DNA of 64,000 nucleotides from Flavobacteriales bacterium (GCA_016713875.1 JADJOI010000003.1:437092-501091), one strand, 5' to 3'. Positions 36,924 through 47,104 are shown, counted from the first letter of the stretch. Notes: generated by a model from the sequence alone, not told the origin. Program-made: numbers and translations.

Positions 36924-38984
36924 ATGGAGAAGTTCCTTACCCTGCTTGTTCCCGCTTTCCTGCTCTCGGCACCGGTCCACGCCCAGGTCGCCATCGGCCT
37001 GAACGAGATGCCGGCTGCCGGGGATGAACTGCGGTTGACCCAGGCCAACTTGAACCTCTTCATCAACTACGCGCAGACGGGTCCGGGCTTCACCTGGAAC
37101 TACACCAACCTGCAGGCGGTGAGCGAGGACACCACGACCTACCAGACGGTGGCCTCCACGAACATCGTCTACGCGCTGGTCTATGCGGACATCTTCTTCA
37201 ATCCGAACCGGGCCAACCATGCCACGGCCGGTGTGGACATCCCGTTCAACCAGCTGCTGCCCATCGCCGACCCGTACACGTTCCTGTACCGGAGCAATTC
37301 CCAGTACAAGAAGATCGGCTTCGGCGCGGAGCTCGCGGGCATTCCGGTGCCGATCATCTTCAGCCAGCAGGATGTGATCTATGAGCTGCCGCTGGACTAC
37401 GGCGACGCGAGCGTGTCCAGCTCGGCCTGGAACGTCAGCCTGCCGACCCTGGCGTACTACGGCTACCAGCAGACCCGCACCAATGAGGTGGACGGCTGGG
37501 GTACCATCAACACACCGGCGGGGAGCTTCAGTGCCCTGCGGGTGAAGACCACGCTGGCCGGTCGCGACACGATCAACGTGGATACGCTGGGCATCGGGTT
37601 CGCCATAGAGCGGCCCGTGGTGCGGGAGTACAAGTGGCTCACACCGGGGTTGCGCGTTCCAGTGCTTCAAGTGAACACCACGCAGATCTTCGGCTTCGAG
37701 GTGGTGTCCGCCATCTACTTCTACGACGTGCCGCGCAGCATCACGGTGGAACAACCGCTTTCCGCCAGCATCTGCCCGGGTTCCACCCTGGACATCACCT
37801 ACAGCGAGACCGGTGTGTTCAACAGCGGTGGCCTGCTCATCGACGCGAACGACTTCATCGTGCAGTTGAGCGACGCCAACGGCGACTTCAGCAATGCGGT
37901 GGACATCGGGCAGGTGACGGCCACTACGGCAGGCACCATCCCGGTGACGATCCCGGCGAACACCCCTCCAGGTACCGGTTATCGGATCCGGATCGTGTCC
38001 ACCAGTCCCGCGTTCACGGGCGAGGACAACGGCTTCGACATCACGATCGACAACACGCCGCCGGTAGCCGTTGTCTCCGCCAATGGCCCCACGACCTTCT
38101 GTGCGGGCGGAAGCGTCACCCTTGATGGGACCTCTGGTGGCGGTCTGGCCTACCAGTGGCAGTTGGACGCCTCGGACATACCGGGCGCCACGTCAGCGAC
38201 CCTGGTGGCCGATGCCCCGGGCAACTACACGGTGATCGTGTCCAGCGCGTGCGGAGTGGACGATTCGGACCCGGTGCTTGTGATCGTGAATGACCTGCCG
38301 CAGGCACCGGCCGTCCTGGCCTCGGATACCACGGTGTTCTGCGACGGTGGCTCGGTGATCCTTGTGGCCGACCTCTTCCCCGGTGTCACCTACATGTGGA
38401 GCGTCGACGGTCAGGTGATCCCCAACGCGGACACCGAGCAGCTCAACGTCACCACCGGTGGAAGCTACACGGTTGCGGTAACTGATGGCCTTGGCTGTAG
38501 CAGCGCATCGGCCGATACGCTCGCCATCACGGTCAACGCCCCGCCGGCCGAACCGGTGATCACGCAGGTGGTGGATACGCTCTTCGCCTCGGGTGCAGGA
38601 ACGTTCCAATGGTTCGTGGACGGGCAACCGATCCCGGGCGCCATGGACAGCTGGTACGTGCCCACGGCGAGCGGGGCCTACACCGTGACCATCACCGATG
38701 CCAACGGATGCACGAGCACCTCGCAGCCCTATGCGTACATCTTCACCTTGATCGGGACAGGGCATGTGGCCGACCTGCGCGCTTGGCCCAACCCCACGTC
38801 CGGGCAGCTCTGGCTGGATGGGGCGGAGGGTGAGCGGTACATGGTGACGGACGCCAGCGGTCGACTGCTGATGCAGGGCCTGGCCACAGGTCGTCCGGCG
38901 CTGGTCGACCTTGGCGGGCTGGCACCGGGCCTGTATGAACTGCGGATCGAACAGGGTTCCGTCCTGCGGGTCGTGCGTCAGTGA
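36924..38984 (+). CDS. Secreted protein with tandem Ig-like domains and T9SS type-A C-terminal sorting domain
   Basis: Signal peptide MEKFLTLLVPAFLLSAPVHAQ. Repeated Cys-containing Ig-like modules (TTFCAGGSVTL..., TTVFCDGGSVIL...). C-terminal LRAWPNPTSGQLWLD...LAPGLYELRI CTD. Confidence 0.7.
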   Translation: MEKFLTLLVPAFLLSAPVHAQVAIGLNEMPAAGDELRLTQANLNLFINYAQTGPGFTWNYTNLQAVSEDTTTYQTVASTNIVYALVYADIFFNPNRANHATAGVDIPFNQLLPIADPYTFLYRSNSQYKKIGFGAELAGIPVPIIFSQQDVIYELPLDYGDASVSSSAWNVSLPTLAYYGYQQTRTNEVDGWGTINTPAGSFSALRVKTTLAGRDTINVDTLGIGFAIERPVVREYKWLTPGLRVPVLQVNTTQIFGFEVVSAIYFYDVPRSITVEQPLSASICPGSTLDITYSETGVFNSGGLLIDANDFIVQLSDANGDFSNAVDIGQVTATTAGTIPVTIPANTPPGTGYRIRIVSTSPAFTGEDNGFDITIDNTPPVAVVSANGPTTFCAGGSVTLDGTSGGGLAYQWQLDASDIPGATSATLVADAPGNYTVIVSSACGVDDSDPVLVIVNDLPQAPAVLASDTTVFCDGGSVILVADLFPGVTYMWSVDGQVIPNADTEQLNVTTGGSYTVAVTDGLGCSSASADTLAITVNAPPAEPVITQVVDTLFASGAGTFQWFVDGQPIPGAMDSWYVPTASGAYTVTITDANGCTSTSQPYAYIFTLIGTGHVADLRAWPNPTSGQLWLDGAEGERYMVTDASGRLLMQGLATGRPALVDLGGLAPGLYELRIEQGSVLRVVRQ

Positions 38985-38999
38985 CCGACGGTCCCGAAT

Positions 39000-39037
39000 G
39001 CAAGCGCCCCCGGCCAGTAGTGGTCGGGGGCGCTTGC
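39000..39037. terminator. Strong GC hairpin downstream of the T9SS protein gene (putative terminator)
   Basis: gcaagcgcccccg-(12 nt loop)-cgggggcgcttgc: 13-bp perfect stem 16 bp after the stop. No clear U-tract. Confidence 0.4.
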
Positions 39038-39139
39038 GTTCCAGGCCTCTTGCACGATCGGCGGTTGACGATCGGTCCGGAATTCGCAGGAGCGCGGCAC
39101 ACGGTTTTCATTCCTTGGTGCGTTCGAGCATCACGCCAC

Positions 39140-40327
39140 ATGTCCATCCGCACGATCGCCGCCAGTCTGTGCCTCTTCCAGGGAGGTGTCCACGCTCAGC
39201 CGGCCAATTTCGATCCGGCCCTGGTGCGCGACCTGAGCGCCTTGTGCGCCACGCACACCTTCCGCGACCTCTATGGTTCGGACGCGGCGATCATGCCCGA
39301 GGGGTACGAACTGGTGCACACGTCCACGCCCCGCGGCATGGACAACCTGTTCCAGGTGTTCCGAAAGGGGGCGATGGGGATCATCGAGGTCCGTGGGTCC
39401 ACCGCCGACCCGTTGAGCTGGATGGAGAACATCCACGCGGCGATGCTTCCCGCCAAGGGCACGGTGGTGGTGGATGGCCGGCCCTTCGACTACCACTTCA
39501 CGGACGATACCGCGGCGGCGGTACATGCCGGCTACACCCTGGGCGTTTCCTTCCTCGCCGATGAGGTGGTGGGCCAGCTCCGCCTGCTGGACCAGCAGGG
39601 GGTGCATGACATCGTGATCACCGGGCACAGCCAGGGGGGCGCCTTGGCCCACCTGCTTCGGGCGCACCTCGAGCACCTGCCCACCACCCGGGTGTCCGCC
39701 CGTCTGCGCTTCCGTACGTACGCGTTCGCCAACCCCATGGTGGGCAACGCCGCGTTCGCGAAGTGGTATGGTGAGGCCTACTGCAGCGCGGGCACGAGCT
39801 TCAGCATCATCAATCCGGAGGACCCGGTGCCCGGGATGCCGCTGGCCTATCACGACCATCGCATTTTCTCGTCGGGCACGCTGAACGGGATGGTCTCCGG
39901 CGAGGAAGGCTATGATGTGAGGAGCGTGGCACGGAGCGCGTTGTTCCGCATGTTCCGCGGGACGCTCACCGATCTGGCGCACTACACATCGGCCTCCGTG
40001 GAGAAACGCATCGCGAAGCCGGTGGGCGAGGTGCGGCTGCCCCCGTACCGCAGCGAGATGAACTATGCGGTGATGCCGGAACGGGTGTTGCTGGACCCGT
40101 TCCCTTACCCGCTGATCCTGCGGGACAGCACCATCCTGTCGAACGATTCGATCATGCGGGCCAACCCGCGCGATGCGAACGGGGTGTTCTTGAACAAGGC
40201 GCTGTACCGCAAAGCGCCGGGCTTCTTTCAGCACAAGCCGTACAACTACTTCGTCGCCATCCTGCGGCGTTGGTTCCCGGAGCGGTACGAAGCGTTGCGC
40301 GTGAAGGTGCTGCCGGAGAATCTCTAG
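39140..40327 (+). CDS. Class 3 lipase family alpha/beta hydrolase (secreted)
   Basis: Signal peptide. Lipase_3 nucleophile elbow VITGHSQGGALAHL. Confidence 0.75.
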   Translation: MSIRTIAASLCLFQGGVHAQPANFDPALVRDLSALCATHTFRDLYGSDAAIMPEGYELVHTSTPRGMDNLFQVFRKGAMGIIEVRGSTADPLSWMENIHAAMLPAKGTVVVDGRPFDYHFTDDTAAAVHAGYTLGVSFLADEVVGQLRLLDQQGVHDIVITGHSQGGALAHLLRAHLEHLPTTRVSARLRFRTYAFANPMVGNAAFAKWYGEAYCSAGTSFSIINPEDPVPGMPLAYHDHRIFSSGTLNGMVSGEEGYDVRSVARSALFRMFRGTLTDLAHYTSASVEKRIAKPVGEVRLPPYRSEMNYAVMPERVLLDPFPYPLILRDSTILSNDSIMRANPRDANGVFLNKALYRKAPGFFQHKPYNYFVAILRRWFPERYEALRVKVLPENL

Positions 40328-41055
40328 CCGGGCGCTCCGGAGCGGATCACGTGATACCGCAGCATCACCGCCGTTCGCTGGGTGCGCTCGCCGGAGGTCC
40401 GGGCGTCCCGCATGGGTGCCGGTGCGCTCCATTCGAGGTCCTTGTCCGTGGGTGATGGCGCCAGGCCGTCGAGGTCGAACGCCAGCCAGGTGTGGTCCTC
40501 GATGCCCAGGCTGAGGATGCGACGGGCCGATCTCGAGTTCAGGTCGGCCACGGCGGTCACCAGCAGATGGCCCTCCGCCTCGCGGAAGCGGTCGCGGTCG
40601 ATGCGCGCGTAGTGGTTGTCCTTGTCGCCAGCGTACAGGCTCATGCGGACCTGGTCGGGTTCGCGGGTGCGCGGGCCCACCAGGGCGAGCGGCAGCCGAA
40701 CCTCCACTTCCAGCGCAAGGGCTTCACCGTTCAGCAGGGGAGGACGGGGAACGGAAAGCAGGCCGAGGCCGGCGATGGCGAACAAACTGCCCTGGGCCAT
40801 CACGACCGCCAGCGCTGCGGCCTTCCAGAAGCCGGACCAATCGATCGCACCGGCCAGCTTGGTGCCCAGCAGTCCGGCCAGGAAACCACCGACGAATCCT
40901 GCAGGGATGAAGAAGAACGCGATCGCGAAGCCGCGTTTGCCCTCGAAGTCGCTCACTCCCATCCGCTTCGTCACCCGATCGGACACGGGTACGGTGACCA
41001 TGGCGGTGGCGATGCCGTTCAACAGAGCGACCAAGAGAGCGACCTTCCAGGACAT
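40324..41055 (-). CDS. Hypothetical membrane protein (243 aa)
   Basis: N-terminal 4 TM helices plus soluble C-terminal domain. No motif recognised. Confidence 0.45.
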   Translation of the reverse strand: MSWKVALLVALLNGIATAMVTVPVSDRVTKRMGVSDFEGKRGFAIAFFFIPAGFVGGFLAGLLGTKLAGAIDWSGFWKAAALAVVMAQGSLFAIAGLGLLSVPRPPLLNGEALALEVEVRLPLALVGPRTREPDQVRMSLYAGDKDNHYARIDRDRFREAEGHLLVTAVADLNSRSARRILSLGIEDHTWLAFDLDGLAPSPTDKDLEWSAPAPMRDARTSGERTQRTAVMLRYHVIRSGAPG

Positions 41056-41188
41056 GGGGCGTGGTGTTCGTCAGGGATGTTCCATCATCTCGAACGTGCC
41101 GAGGCGGTTGCGGGTAAAGGTGGTGAAGCGGTCCATCATAAGCTCCTTCTCCGCATCGGTCAACGGCCCTTTCCTCCGCCGGTCCTTG

Positions 41189-41476
41189 TCATACCAGGAT
41201 GGCGGTGACGCCCTCGATGGCATCCTTCAGCTTCTCACAGGCGCGGATGGTGTCCGCGACCCGCTCCGGTCGTGGCGTCAGGGTGTTCTCGCGCAGGTTG
41301 TCCACACCGGTCACCAAGGCGGTGCAACGGCTGTCGCCGGCGATGCCACGTTCCATGTGGGATTCGATGTCGGCCAGAAGGCCATCGTCCAGCCGCCCGT
41401 GGCGCAGCTCGGTCTCCAGCATGTGGGTGGTCCGTCGAAGGCTGCGCAGCGCACGGGCCAGTTCCAGATCGGTCAT
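41189..41476 (-). CDS. Small hypothetical protein (95 aa)
   Basis: ORF MTDLELARALRSLRR... The upstream ORF-track extension is not supported. A 52-aa overlapping ORF (41071..41226, -) follows in another frame. Confidence 0.35.
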   Translation of the reverse strand: MTDLELARALRSLRRTTHMLETELRHGRLDDGLLADIESHMERGIAGDSRCTALVTGVDNLRENTLTPRPERVADTIRACEKLKDAIEGVTAILV

Positions 41477-41624
41477 GGGGTGCAAAGATCGGGGCGCCGA
41501 GACAACGCCGCAGGCTGGTATTCGCGCTTTGCTCCCGCACCTGTCGGGAACGGATCCTGTCCAGGGTGAGGCCCTGAGCGGACGTTCTGCTCTGAAGTGC
41601 CATCTTGCAGGCCCGTCGCTGCGC

Positions 41625-43943
41625 ATGCTCAAGAACGTCCTCCTTCTCCAAAGCGCAGTGCTCATCTTGAGCAGCGGCCTGCACGCCCAGTGCTGCGATC
41701 ACATCCTGCAGATGACCGACAGCTATGGTGATGGCTGGAACGGTGGTTCGTTGGAGGTGCTGGTCAACGGAACGTCCATCGGCACGTTCGCAGCTACTGG
41801 AGCCGGGAGCACCGAGACGTTCACCGTGTGCACGGGGGATGACGTGGAGCTCATCTACACCCCGCAGGACTGGGAAAGCGAGAACAGCTACGTGCTGTTC
41901 GACCAGTGGGGTAATGTGGTCTTCGCCGATGGCCCGACCCCTGCTACGGGATCAGTGTTCATCGGCCTGGGCGATTGCACGATGGTGCCGCCACCGGGCA
42001 GCACGCCCTGTTCCGCCTGGCCGATCGACACCACAGCGTGCGTGATCGCTGATAACACAACGGCCCTTGGCACCGGCATCGACCCGGGCTGCGCGAACTA
42101 CAACGGGGGCGATATCTGGTATACGATGCCCGTACCTCCTTCCGGTAACCTGGTGGTGAGCACGGCCAGCGCCGGTGACCTGAACGACACGGGTATCGCG
42201 CTTTGGGTCGGGCCGGATTGCTTCAACCGGGCGCTCGTGACCTGCGACGATGACAACGGACCGGACTATTTCTCGATGATCCTCGCCAGTGAACTCCTGG
42301 TCGGTGACACGCTCTGGATCCAGGCGTACGGCTACGGTGGCGGCACCGGAGCGTTCGAACTCTGCGTCGCTGACCCTGGCACCGTGGTGCTGGACAGTTC
42401 CGAGATCCCCATCGTGCTGATCAACACCCTGGGGCAGGAGATCGTGGATGAGCCCAAGATCGATGCGCTCATGGAGATCAAGTACAACGGTCCTGGCACG
42501 ATCACCTACCTCACCGACCCCTCGAACGTGTACAACGGCCACATCGGCATCGAGATCCGCGGAGGTTCGTCGCAGGGTTACCCGCAACAGCCCTTTGGAT
42601 TTGAGACACGCGACCCGCTCGGCGCGAACCTTGACGTTCCGTTGCTCAGCATGCCGGCCGAGAACGACTGGGTGCTGTTATCGAACTACAATGACCGGTC
42701 CCTGATCCGGAACCAGCTCGCGTTCCGGATCTCTGCGGGCATGGGTCAATATGCGCCTCGCACGCATCTGTGCGAGGTGCTGATCGACAGCGTGTACAGG
42801 GGCATCTATCTGTTCGGCGAGAAGATCAAGCGTGACAGCGGGCGTGTGGACATCGCCAAGCTTACCGGCACGGAGAACTCCGGCGACGACCTTACCGGTG
42901 GATACATCCTGGAGCAGAACTACTGGGATGCGGACAACAGCTTCGAGTCGGATCACTCCCCCATCGATCACCCGGGCTTCGATGTGCACTTCCTCTACGC
43001 GTACCCCGAGCCGGATACCATCACCGTCCAGCAGAAGGCCTACATCGCCGCTTTCGTCGACAGCCTGGAGACCGCGCTATACAGCAGCATGTTCAACGAT
43101 CCCGCCACCGGCTACCGGAAGTACCTGGACGTGAAGTCCTTCATCGACTACTTCCTGGTGAACGAAGTGGCGCGCAGCAACGATGGCTTCAAGAAAAGCG
43201 TGTTCTGGCACAAGGACAAGGACAGCAAGGGTGGCAAGCTGAAGGCTGGACCCATCTGGGATTTCGATTGGGCCTGGAAGAACATTGCGAGCTGCTCCAT
43301 TTTCGGAGCGACCGATGGTTCGGGCTGGGCGCATCTCATCAACGACTGCTTCACGGATAACTACTCCTGCGGTTGGTACGTGCGCTTGCTGCAGGACAGC
43401 ACCTTCAACAACGAGCTTCGCTGCGCCTATGAGGAGTACCGCACCACCGTGCTGGACACCACGTTCATCTTCCACACCATCGACAGCATCGGCGACCGCG
43501 TGCAGAACGCACAGGCGCGGCACTTCCAGAAGTGGCCCATCCTCGGCATGAGCGGGCCTGCTCCTGACGTTGGACCGGTGGCGACCACCTATGCCGCCGA
43601 GCTCGATTCCTTGAAGGCCTGGATCGCCCTCCGTCTGGCCTGGCTCGATGCCAACATCCCCGGGGTGTGCAGGGGCCTGGGAGGGAATGGACCCGAGCGG
43701 AACGACCTTCTGTCGTGCTATCCGAACCCGAGCACCGGAACGTTCCACTTCCAAGGCGCTGTTGACGGCGACGGTCCTTTCCTACTTCGCATCCTTGATG
43801 TGGCCTGGCGGGAAGTGGACCGCGTGAGCCTATTGCCAGGACAGGTCTCCCTGGACCGCACGATCACGCGAAGCGGTACATACTTCTTCACTGTGACTGC
43901 GGGAGGCCACCTGTTGCAGAAGGGGAAGCTGGTGGTGTTCTAG
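41625..43943 (+). CDS. CotH kinase-family protein with N-terminal Cys-rich DGWNGG domain and T9SS type-A C-terminal sorting domain
   Basis: Signal peptide MLKNVLLLQSAVLILSSGLHAQ. CotH-like core (IEIRGGSSQGYPQQP, YILEQN, WDFDWAW). C-terminal LSCYPNPSTGTFHFQ...GTYFFTV CTD. Confidence 0.75.
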   Translation: MLKNVLLLQSAVLILSSGLHAQCCDHILQMTDSYGDGWNGGSLEVLVNGTSIGTFAATGAGSTETFTVCTGDDVELIYTPQDWESENSYVLFDQWGNVVFADGPTPATGSVFIGLGDCTMVPPPGSTPCSAWPIDTTACVIADNTTALGTGIDPGCANYNGGDIWYTMPVPPSGNLVVSTASAGDLNDTGIALWVGPDCFNRALVTCDDDNGPDYFSMILASELLVGDTLWIQAYGYGGGTGAFELCVADPGTVVLDSSEIPIVLINTLGQEIVDEPKIDALMEIKYNGPGTITYLTDPSNVYNGHIGIEIRGGSSQGYPQQPFGFETRDPLGANLDVPLLSMPAENDWVLLSNYNDRSLIRNQLAFRISAGMGQYAPRTHLCEVLIDSVYRGIYLFGEKIKRDSGRVDIAKLTGTENSGDDLTGGYILEQNYWDADNSFESDHSPIDHPGFDVHFLYAYPEPDTITVQQKAYIAAFVDSLETALYSSMFNDPATGYRKYLDVKSFIDYFLVNEVARSNDGFKKSVFWHKDKDSKGGKLKAGPIWDFDWAWKNIASCSIFGATDGSGWAHLINDCFTDNYSCGWYVRLLQDSTFNNELRCAYEEYRTTVLDTTFIFHTIDSIGDRVQNAQARHFQKWPILGMSGPAPDVGPVATTYAAELDSLKAWIALRLAWLDANIPGVCRGLGGNGPERNDLLSCYPNPSTGTFHFQGAVDGDGPFLLRILDVAWREVDRVSLLPGQVSLDRTITRSGTYFFTVTAGGHLLQKGKLVVF

Positions 43944-43990
43944 GCATCTCGCTCGAATACGGGGCTCTTTCGCTCGGCTCTCTCGCTGGC

Positions 43991-44767
43991 ATGGATCGGC
44001 TAGAGTTGGGATCGTACACGCTACCTGGATCGATGTTCGAACTTCGTCGAATGCAGGGTGTACAGCGCATCATGGGTCAACATCTTCTGGTGGTCACGGT
44101 CATCCTGTCGCTGGCTGTCTGCCGCACAGAGGGCTCTTCCGCCCAACAACAGGATGAGAGTAGCTGCGCGGTCCCGGACGCGTTCGTTCAACACGTGGGC
44201 CTCGTGCTCTCCGATACCACTGGCCGCTTCTTCAACGACTACCCCGCTCCCACTCCGCTTACCTGCGAACTGCTCGGCATGCTTCAAGATGAATTGAAGG
44301 ACGACAGCGTGCGCTACCACTTCGAGCATTTGCATCAACGCTTCGATGATCCGCGTGCGAACGCAGCGTTCACCTACATCAGGCGGCATAACAACTTCCA
44401 CCTCGCCATGGCGCTCACCACGCATTGGAACCCCGATACGCGCATCGAAGCGGTGAATGCAGTGGACAACTACCGCCGCATACGGCCGATGGTGTGCGCG
44501 ACAAAGGAGCACTATGGCCGCTTGGAGGAACAGGATCGCGCGGCCGTGCGTTACTTCATCAAGGTGATGGAGACCACTCCGCTATGGATCAGCGGCAGCG
44601 AGAACGCCACCATCCACAGCGTGTACATGAGCGAAGTGGTGCATGCCTTGGATCGGTTCACCGGACAAGAGCACAGTACAACGGGTGATATGCGCAGGAC
44701 ATTCGACATGCCCGAGGCCCGACTTCAACAGGCCTTGACCGATTGGCGCAACTGGTTGGAGCAATGA
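43991..44767 (+). CDS. Hypothetical protein (possibly secreted; start may be an internal Met near 44051-44075)
   Basis: ORF only. Internal hydrophobic signal-like segment MGQHLLVVTVILSLAVC. Lower GC than surroundings. Confidence 0.4.
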   Translation: MDRLELGSYTLPGSMFELRRMQGVQRIMGQHLLVVTVILSLAVCRTEGSSAQQQDESSCAVPDAFVQHVGLVLSDTTGRFFNDYPAPTPLTCELLGMLQDELKDDSVRYHFEHLHQRFDDPRANAAFTYIRRHNNFHLAMALTTHWNPDTRIEAVNAVDNYRRIRPMVCATKEHYGRLEEQDRAAVRYFIKVMETTPLWISGSENATIHSVYMSEVVHALDRFTGQEHSTTGDMRRTFDMPEARLQQALTDWRNWLEQ

Positions 44768-45279
44768 GGGCCGCGCTGTGCTGCTTGCTGCTGCTACCGA
44801 TCGCGCTTTGCGCGCAGGATGCGCAACGCTTCCAACGGGCGTTGCGCACCGGCAATGTGCATGCGCTGGACCGTTGGATGAAGCAGGAAGTACACCGCAT
44901 GCTCAAGGGCCAGGTCCACGGGGCGCCGCAAGCGGTATACATGGGTCACGACAACAGTTACGATACGCTGGTGGCATTCCTGCGCCGCCAGCCCGGCGTG
45001 CAGGATGCGGCTTGGGATAAGTACCTGGCCAAAGCTGCCATCTGGCCGGGCCACAGTACCATCGGTATGCGCTGGCAGAAGGATGATCGGATCCACGAGC
45101 GTTGCTGGAGCGTACAGGAAGGCGTCCCCCGCACCATCAACATTTTCGGCTGGCGCCCGCGGGTGCGCGAGGACAGGCAGAATTTGAGATACGAGAACGC
45201 AAGAGATTGCCCCGGTTTCGTTGAGCAGCAGAGGAAATATCCCGAACATGGAAGGCACCAAGCGCCTGCGTATCCCTGA
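44743..45279 (+). CDS. Hypothetical secreted protein
   Basis: Signal peptide MRAALCCLLLLPIALCAQ (Met at 44764). Overlaps the previous gene's end. Confidence 0.4.
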   Translation: MAQLVGAMRAALCCLLLLPIALCAQDAQRFQRALRTGNVHALDRWMKQEVHRMLKGQVHGAPQAVYMGHDNSYDTLVAFLRRQPGVQDAAWDKYLAKAAIWPGHSTIGMRWQKDDRIHERCWSVQEGVPRTINIFGWRPRVREDRQNLRYENARDCPGFVEQQRKYPEHGRHQAPAYP

Positions 45280-45302
45280 TCATGGACGATCTCCGACCCG
45301 CA

Positions 45303-45815
45303 CTACTTCATGCCCTTCTTGATCAGCTTCAGCGCCCAGTCGTAGTGACTTGATGTCGCTCCGACCAAATAGGCGCCCAGCGAAGTGCTGCCCGTCCACG
45401 GATAACGCTTCTTCGTGAAGAGTTCGGCGTCGCTATGCCGTTCGATCAGGGCTACCACATCGGCGTGCGAGCGCTCGAACAGTGCGCGCACCTTCTTCAA
45501 CGGGATATCACTGTACTTGCGGTGGATCCATCGGTTCAGCTCCGGTGTTGCAGCCCAGGTGTAGCCCTTTGCCGGCATGTCCGGCTTGCCACCCTTCATG
45601 CCCACCGCATACCAGCCGAGCATGAACGTGTGCCAGTGGTGCAGGTGGCCCAGCACATCGCGGATGTTCCGGTTCATGGTGCCGGGTCTGAACGCGCGGT
45701 CGCGGTCGGCCGGGGAGAGGCCGACGATGAATGCGTTCAACGCTTCATATCTGGAGCGGCCTTGCGCGAGCAGGTCCTTCTTGTTCGTCGGGCGGGGCAT
45801 TCTTGTGGATCCCAT
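45303..45815 (-). CDS. ClbS/DfsB family four-helix-bundle protein (DUF1706, DinB-like)
   Basis: About 170 aa ...DLLAQGRSRYEALNAFI...LGHLHHWHTFMLGWY...: characteristic ClbS/DfsB sequence. The ORF-track 548-aa extension is rejected. Confidence 0.7.
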   Translation of the reverse strand: MGSTRMPRPTNKKDLLAQGRSRYEALNAFIVGLSPADRDRAFRPGTMNRNIRDVLGHLHHWHTFMLGWYAVGMKGGKPDMPAKGYTWAATPELNRWIHRKYSDIPLKKVRALFERSHADVVALIERHSDAELFTKKRYPWTGSTSLGAYLVGATSSHYDWALKLIKKGMK

Positions 45816-45931
45816 CGAAAGATGAGGTGAGGCCTGAAGATGTGCATTGATGAATGTCAACTTGCCATGGATGCTGGTCCGGTGCGATCGAAAGGACCGG
45901 CGTAGCGGCACTCTGACCGGGTACCCGAGAC

Positions 45932-47104
45932 TCACAGGTAGCTCAGCCACCATTTCTCCCGGTGCGCGGCGCGGTAGGTCCCGAACCATCGGCAGGGCAG
46001 GTACAACACGAGCACCACGCCGATCCAGACGAGGTACACCACCCACAATGGAAAACCGTTGTCGGCATAGGCCGCCGGGTCGACCGTGGCCGTGAGCACC
46101 GTCTCCCGGATCGGTTGCCCTTGCAGCACCAGGGCCACTGTGGCCAGTGCATGGATCAGGTAGATGTGCAGCATGTAGTAGAAGAAGGGCACGCGGCCGA
46201 AGGCGATGAAGGGTGCGCTCCAGCGAAGCCGTCGGCCATCCGCCCAGGCCAGGAAGAGCAGGGCCGGACCCAGGGTCATGCACAGGTAGAGGAGGGAGGG
46301 CGGATACTTCTGCGTGTTGAGGATGGACAGCAGGTCGAAGAGCGGTGTGGGCTGTTCCGTCCACGGTTGCGGATCGCCATAGAGGTTCCACCCGCGCAGC
46401 ACCACGAAGAGCGCGAGCGCCGCAACGCCGAGGCGGGCCAGGGTGCGGGTGCGGAGCGCCGGTGCCACTTCGGGGGTGAACAGGCGGCCCAACGCGTAGC
46501 CCAGCGCCATGGTGCCGATCCACGGTAGCACGGGATAGGCGAACACGATGATGCGTCCTGTGGCCGGTTCCAGCGAACCACGCCGGTGTAGCGCATCGAA
46601 CAGGGTGCCCGCGATGCCGCCCTCCCGGATGTGGACGTGGTCCAGCAGGTTGTGGCCGAACACGATCACGAGCCCGATGCCCAGGACCCAGCGCCACGGA
46701 AGTCGCACAAGCACGGCCAGCGCGATCATGCTGACGCCGATGGCCCAGAACACGGCGAGCATGGTGAAGGTGAACCGCGGATCGAACTGCCAGCCGAAGG
46801 CCACGATGACCACTTCCGCCACGATCATCCATGCGCCACGCGTCCAGAGGAAGCGGCTCAGTTGCGCGGGTGTGCGGGTGCGGCCGTAGAGGAACGCGCT
46901 GGTCCCTGCCAGGAACACGAACACCGGCGCACAGAAATGGGTGATCCACCGGGTGAGGAAGAGCGCGGGCGTGGTGGTGCTGAGGTCGGTGGGGTCGGGC
47001 CCGAACAGGAGCCCGTGGTGGAAGAAGTCACGCACGTGGTCAAGGGCCATGACCACCATGACCAGCCCGCGCAGCAGGTCGAGCGAAGTGATACGCTGGT
47101 TCAA
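45932..47104 (-). CDS. DUF1624 / heparan-alpha-glucosaminide N-acetyltransferase-like membrane acyltransferase
   Basis: N-terminus NQRITSLDLLRGLVMVVMALDHVRDFF matches the family signature. About 10 TM helices. No in-frame ATG upstream, so a TTG start at 47102-47104 is assumed. The 741-aa ORF-track N-terminal extension is antisense of the redoxin gene. Confidence 0.6.
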   Translation of the reverse strand: MNQRITSLDLLRGLVMVVMALDHVRDFFHHGLLFGPDPTDLSTTTPALFLTRWITHFCAPVFVFLAGTSAFLYGRTRTPAQLSRFLWTRGAWMIVAEVVIVAFGWQFDPRFTFTMLAVFWAIGVSMIALAVLVRLPWRWVLGIGLVIVFGHNLLDHVHIREGGIAGTLFDALHRRGSLEPATGRIIVFAYPVLPWIGTMALGYALGRLFTPEVAPALRTRTLARLGVAALALFVVLRGWNLYGDPQPWTEQPTPLFDLLSILNTQKYPPSLLYLCMTLGPALLFLAWADGRRLRWSAPFIAFGRVPFFYYMLHIYLIHALATVALVLQGQPIRETVLTATVDPAAYADNGFPLWVVYLVWIGVVLVLYLPCRWFGTYRAAHREKWWLSYL

